NCBI GenBank assembly: GCA_965153455.1
Contig: OZ234494.1
Span: 4,092,001-4,156,000, forward strand
DNA: 64,000 bases
Source: Sphagnum compactum
Lineage: Eukaryota
Direction: 5' to 3'
Shown here one piece after another: positions 60,900-64,000 of this stretch. The number at the start of each line of letters is the position of its first letter. Position 1 is the first letter of the stretch. Below the pieces are notes generated by a model that searched no databases, was not told where the DNA came from, and saw nothing but the letters and a program-made list of their open reading frames with translations. A program made the translations under genes and the position numbers.

Positions 60900-61790
60900 T
60901 GTAATCTCAAAAACCTTAAGAACTTTCAAAGGTTCACAATCAATGATAAAATATAAAGTTGTTGCCATAGTTGTCAAATTGGTGCCCTCATCCTTTATAA
61001 ATGTAATTACCTAGTGTAACAAACCAAACCTCTCCAACAAAGACTGGAGTTGTATAACCATGGATTGTTAAGTTGTTTTGTTCACTTCAAACAACCCCAT
61101 AGTAATATGCATGGGTGCCCATGTTTCATTCAAAAAAATTATCCATAGCAAAAGTATCCTCGCCACCATGAGATATCTAGAAATCAAAACTAGCAAAGAC
61201 TATTGTTTTAGGTGCAAGATCTAGCAAAACATGTTGGTCCATTGTTTTCTTAACCATGATAGGCAACACTTTTTCCATAAGAGAAGATCGAGAAGGAAAT
61301 TGAACATGAAGGCATTGGTGTAAAACTAACCACTGAAACCAAATGTTTTTACAATTGGACAAAGGTCTATAACCCTGGCAAATATAAAACACCAAATTTT
61401 CCAAAAATGATTGTTGGGCATCATCATTTTTTTTTGTAAGGGTTTGTGACACCAAAAAATGCAATAATTGGACAACTAGATGGACCTGTTCTTTTCTTCT
61501 TTGGTCACTACCTACGAATAGTAGATTTTTTCACCTTTTCCATGAGTTGTTTCTTTTGAGCAAACAACTTTAGATGTGTAGTTTGCACATGAGTATTAAT
61601 GGGAATCATACCATTAACTTTGTTATATTTAATCAAGCCTTTGTAAAGAGTAAATATTTGCATCAAAACATCACCATATGTTTGTTCAAATTTACAAATT
61701 ATGCATCACAACACTTGCATTTTCATCAAATCCACATGTAGTCAATGGCAAAAAATCCCCATTTGACATACAAACATATGATGGTGAACT
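60900..61790 (-). pseudogene. Decayed hAT-superfamily transposase
   Basis: QQSFLENLVFYICQGYRPLS..NIWFQWLV..FPSRS ... ASFDF ... MHITMGLFEV ... LLERFGL ... IKDEGTNL, resembling the hAT DxW and DxxxN regions; contains stops and frameshifts. Confidence 0.7.
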
Positions 61791-62741
61791 ATTTAAGTTA
61801 CAACTTGTGCTTTTATGGCTGCACAAGTTGTGAGACATCAACATCTAATATGTTGCCAAATTGTAGATGCACATTTTCAACATCTAAGAATGATGGGAAT
61901 TGCATTTGGGTGGGGGCAATTGATGGAGGATCTTCATCAATCCCACCCACACTTTCAACAAAACAACATTCTTCTTCAACCATTGAACACATAAAAACCT
62001 AAACACGAACAATAAAAACACAAAACACTAAAACATTGAAACATTCAAGGAACTTTTCAAGCTCCCCAAAATTAAAAGTACAAAGTGACAAAAAAGTTTA
62101 CTTCTTGTTAATTTCCTAAGCAACAATGATTATCGATGCCAATATTTCCCAATTCATCTAGCAACAAGATGAATTTGATGCCTCTTGATTCATCAAGCAA
62201 CAAAATGTAGCTAATGCCTTTTGATTCGTCTTACAACAAAACCAAGCCAATGCCTTTCAATTCACCAAAAAACAAAACACCATTATAAGAAATCAAAGTT
62301 TTTTTTTATTAGGAAAATTGGTGAAAAATTACCCCAAATGGCCCCTGTCCGACTTGACCAAGGTGCCATCTTCAACCAGTCATTTTGGACCCGACAATTT
62401 TGACTGGGTCTTTTTGGTTGGTTTTTTGAGTGGATTTTTTTATTTTTTTTTTACTAGTCAACAATATTTTGATAGCAAGTATATGTGATTAATTTTTTTA
62501 ATAATAATAATAATCACATTTATTTATCTATTAATTAATAAATTTAGCTACCTACATTACCTAATAATTAATGTACAAAATAAAATAAAATAATTCACCT
62601 ACTTACCTATGCTATTTAGCCTAGGCCCCCTAATTTAGGTAACCTAAGCCAGGTGGTTAACTTTAGACCTACTTGCCTAGGTGGCTTAGGTTAGCTATTT
62701 AAACCACATAAAGTTAAGGTAGCCAAGGTAACCAATGTTGT

Positions 62742-62810
62742 ATGTGTGAGGATTTGAACTCCTCACTTCCACTTTGGGGAGTCAAGTCCTTACCATTAGA
62801 CTACCACTTC
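62742..62810 (-). other. tRNA-like sequence with Pol III A/B boxes (tRNA pseudogene or SINE head)
   Basis: Minus strand GGTAGTCTAATGGTAAGGAC...GTGAGGAGTTCAAATCCTCAC has A-box and B-box matches, but the anticodon and acceptor stems do not pair cleanly. Confidence 0.55.
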
Positions 62811-64000
62811 AAAAGTTGAAAACTTTTGTCATCATATTGTAATAAATTTGATTCAATTTTTTGTTTCAATGTACATATTGTAACATTCATCAACGAACTT
62901 TAGTATTTTGTATTAATTATTTAAATAGGAGGTTACACCATGTACCAAATATTTACCTAGATAACATGTAGGCACCTACGTCTAGTAGGTTACTACATGT
63001 TATTATCTCAATTAGTAAAAAATAAATAACAATGATTGGTTAATTACTATCAATTATAAAATATTAATTAATTAACGTACTAAGTTTAAGTACTTACATG
63101 TGCCTAAAGGTAGCATGTAGGTAGCCTATTAAACATTATAAATATTTATTAGGTGTAATATGCTTAATTTAGGGCCTATTAGCTATGAACTTAGGTTTGG
63201 AATGTACCTTAAGCAACATAAACTTGTAGGTTAAGTAACCAAATTAGTATGGTTGATTTGATTAAGTTTCAAATTAGAATGGCAAATCTGATTAATTGTA
63301 AATCATAATGGCCATTGAGTATGGTCAATTTGACTAAACCTTGGTCATCTTGATGGACCTTTGGCCTTTTTGACCAGATGTAGGTGAAAGCACGATTAAA
63401 TATACATTTTGTGATCCTTGTCAAGAAAAATGTAAAATAGTCATAAAATAAGCTTTAACATATCAAATTTTAAAATATTATTTAATTTAATGATCAATAT
63501 GAACATATTATTTGAATTTATGTCAATGATATTGAAAACTCACTTGTTTAAAGTAAATTTAAGTAGATTTCTAAAAAAAGCAAACAATTTTTATTTTATT
63601 TTCTAGGTTGCCCAAAGAAACAAAGTAGGTTTCAAGTAGATGTAATATTGAATTTTACTTTCTTGGTTAATGGCCATTTAAAATTCACTTACGCATTTTC
63701 AACTTTCAAAGTAAAAATAATAATATCTTATCTCAATCTTTTAATATAAAAATAATTTTGAACACAGTTTCACCAATCAATTTCAAAAATATTTTTGATT
63801 TTCTTTTCATACACTAAAGTTTTCCAAATTTTCTATACAACATACTATAAACTCAATATCGTGCACCATGATAGTTTAACAATGATTGAAAAAGTTTCAA
63901 CTTCACTTTCTTGCATTTATGTGTAAAAATATGACTGTAACTATTCATAGCTACTTTTGTTGTACACTTATCATGTTTTCACTCACGTTCGGTTTGTTGC

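Overview
This window is intron-rich, AT-rich plant nuclear DNA. A bryophyte, probably Sphagnum-like, is my inference from the repeat style and from captured plastid fragments that include both chlN and ccsA. I can support five protein-coding genes: a LONGIFOLIA/TRM-family gene (+, ~15356-20079), LSM1 (+, 25123-26235), an intronless NOP53 (-, 38740-40026), a 12-exon homologue of the cyanobacterial Fe-S clock-input protein LdpA (+, ~45762-51792), and 15-exon SDH1 (+, 53883-58996) with one GC-AG intron. The most striking structure is a ~10.4 kb nuclear plastid-DNA insertion (~27140-37522) between convergent LSM1 and NOP53. It is not a colinear plastome piece. It is a shattered mosaic of dozens of ~25-850 bp fragments from all over the plastome, in both orientations, with short tandem duplications, in-frame chimeric ORFs, a heavy C>T/G>A bias and three apparently unedited RNA-editing sites. 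The rest is decayed PIF/Harbinger and hAT transposons, paired and nested MITEs, A-tailed SINE-like repeats, a tRNA-like head, and gene-proximal tandem arrays. I found no CRISPR array or prokaryotic-type system. All identifications are by eye from remembered family motifs, so fragment and element boundaries are approximate.
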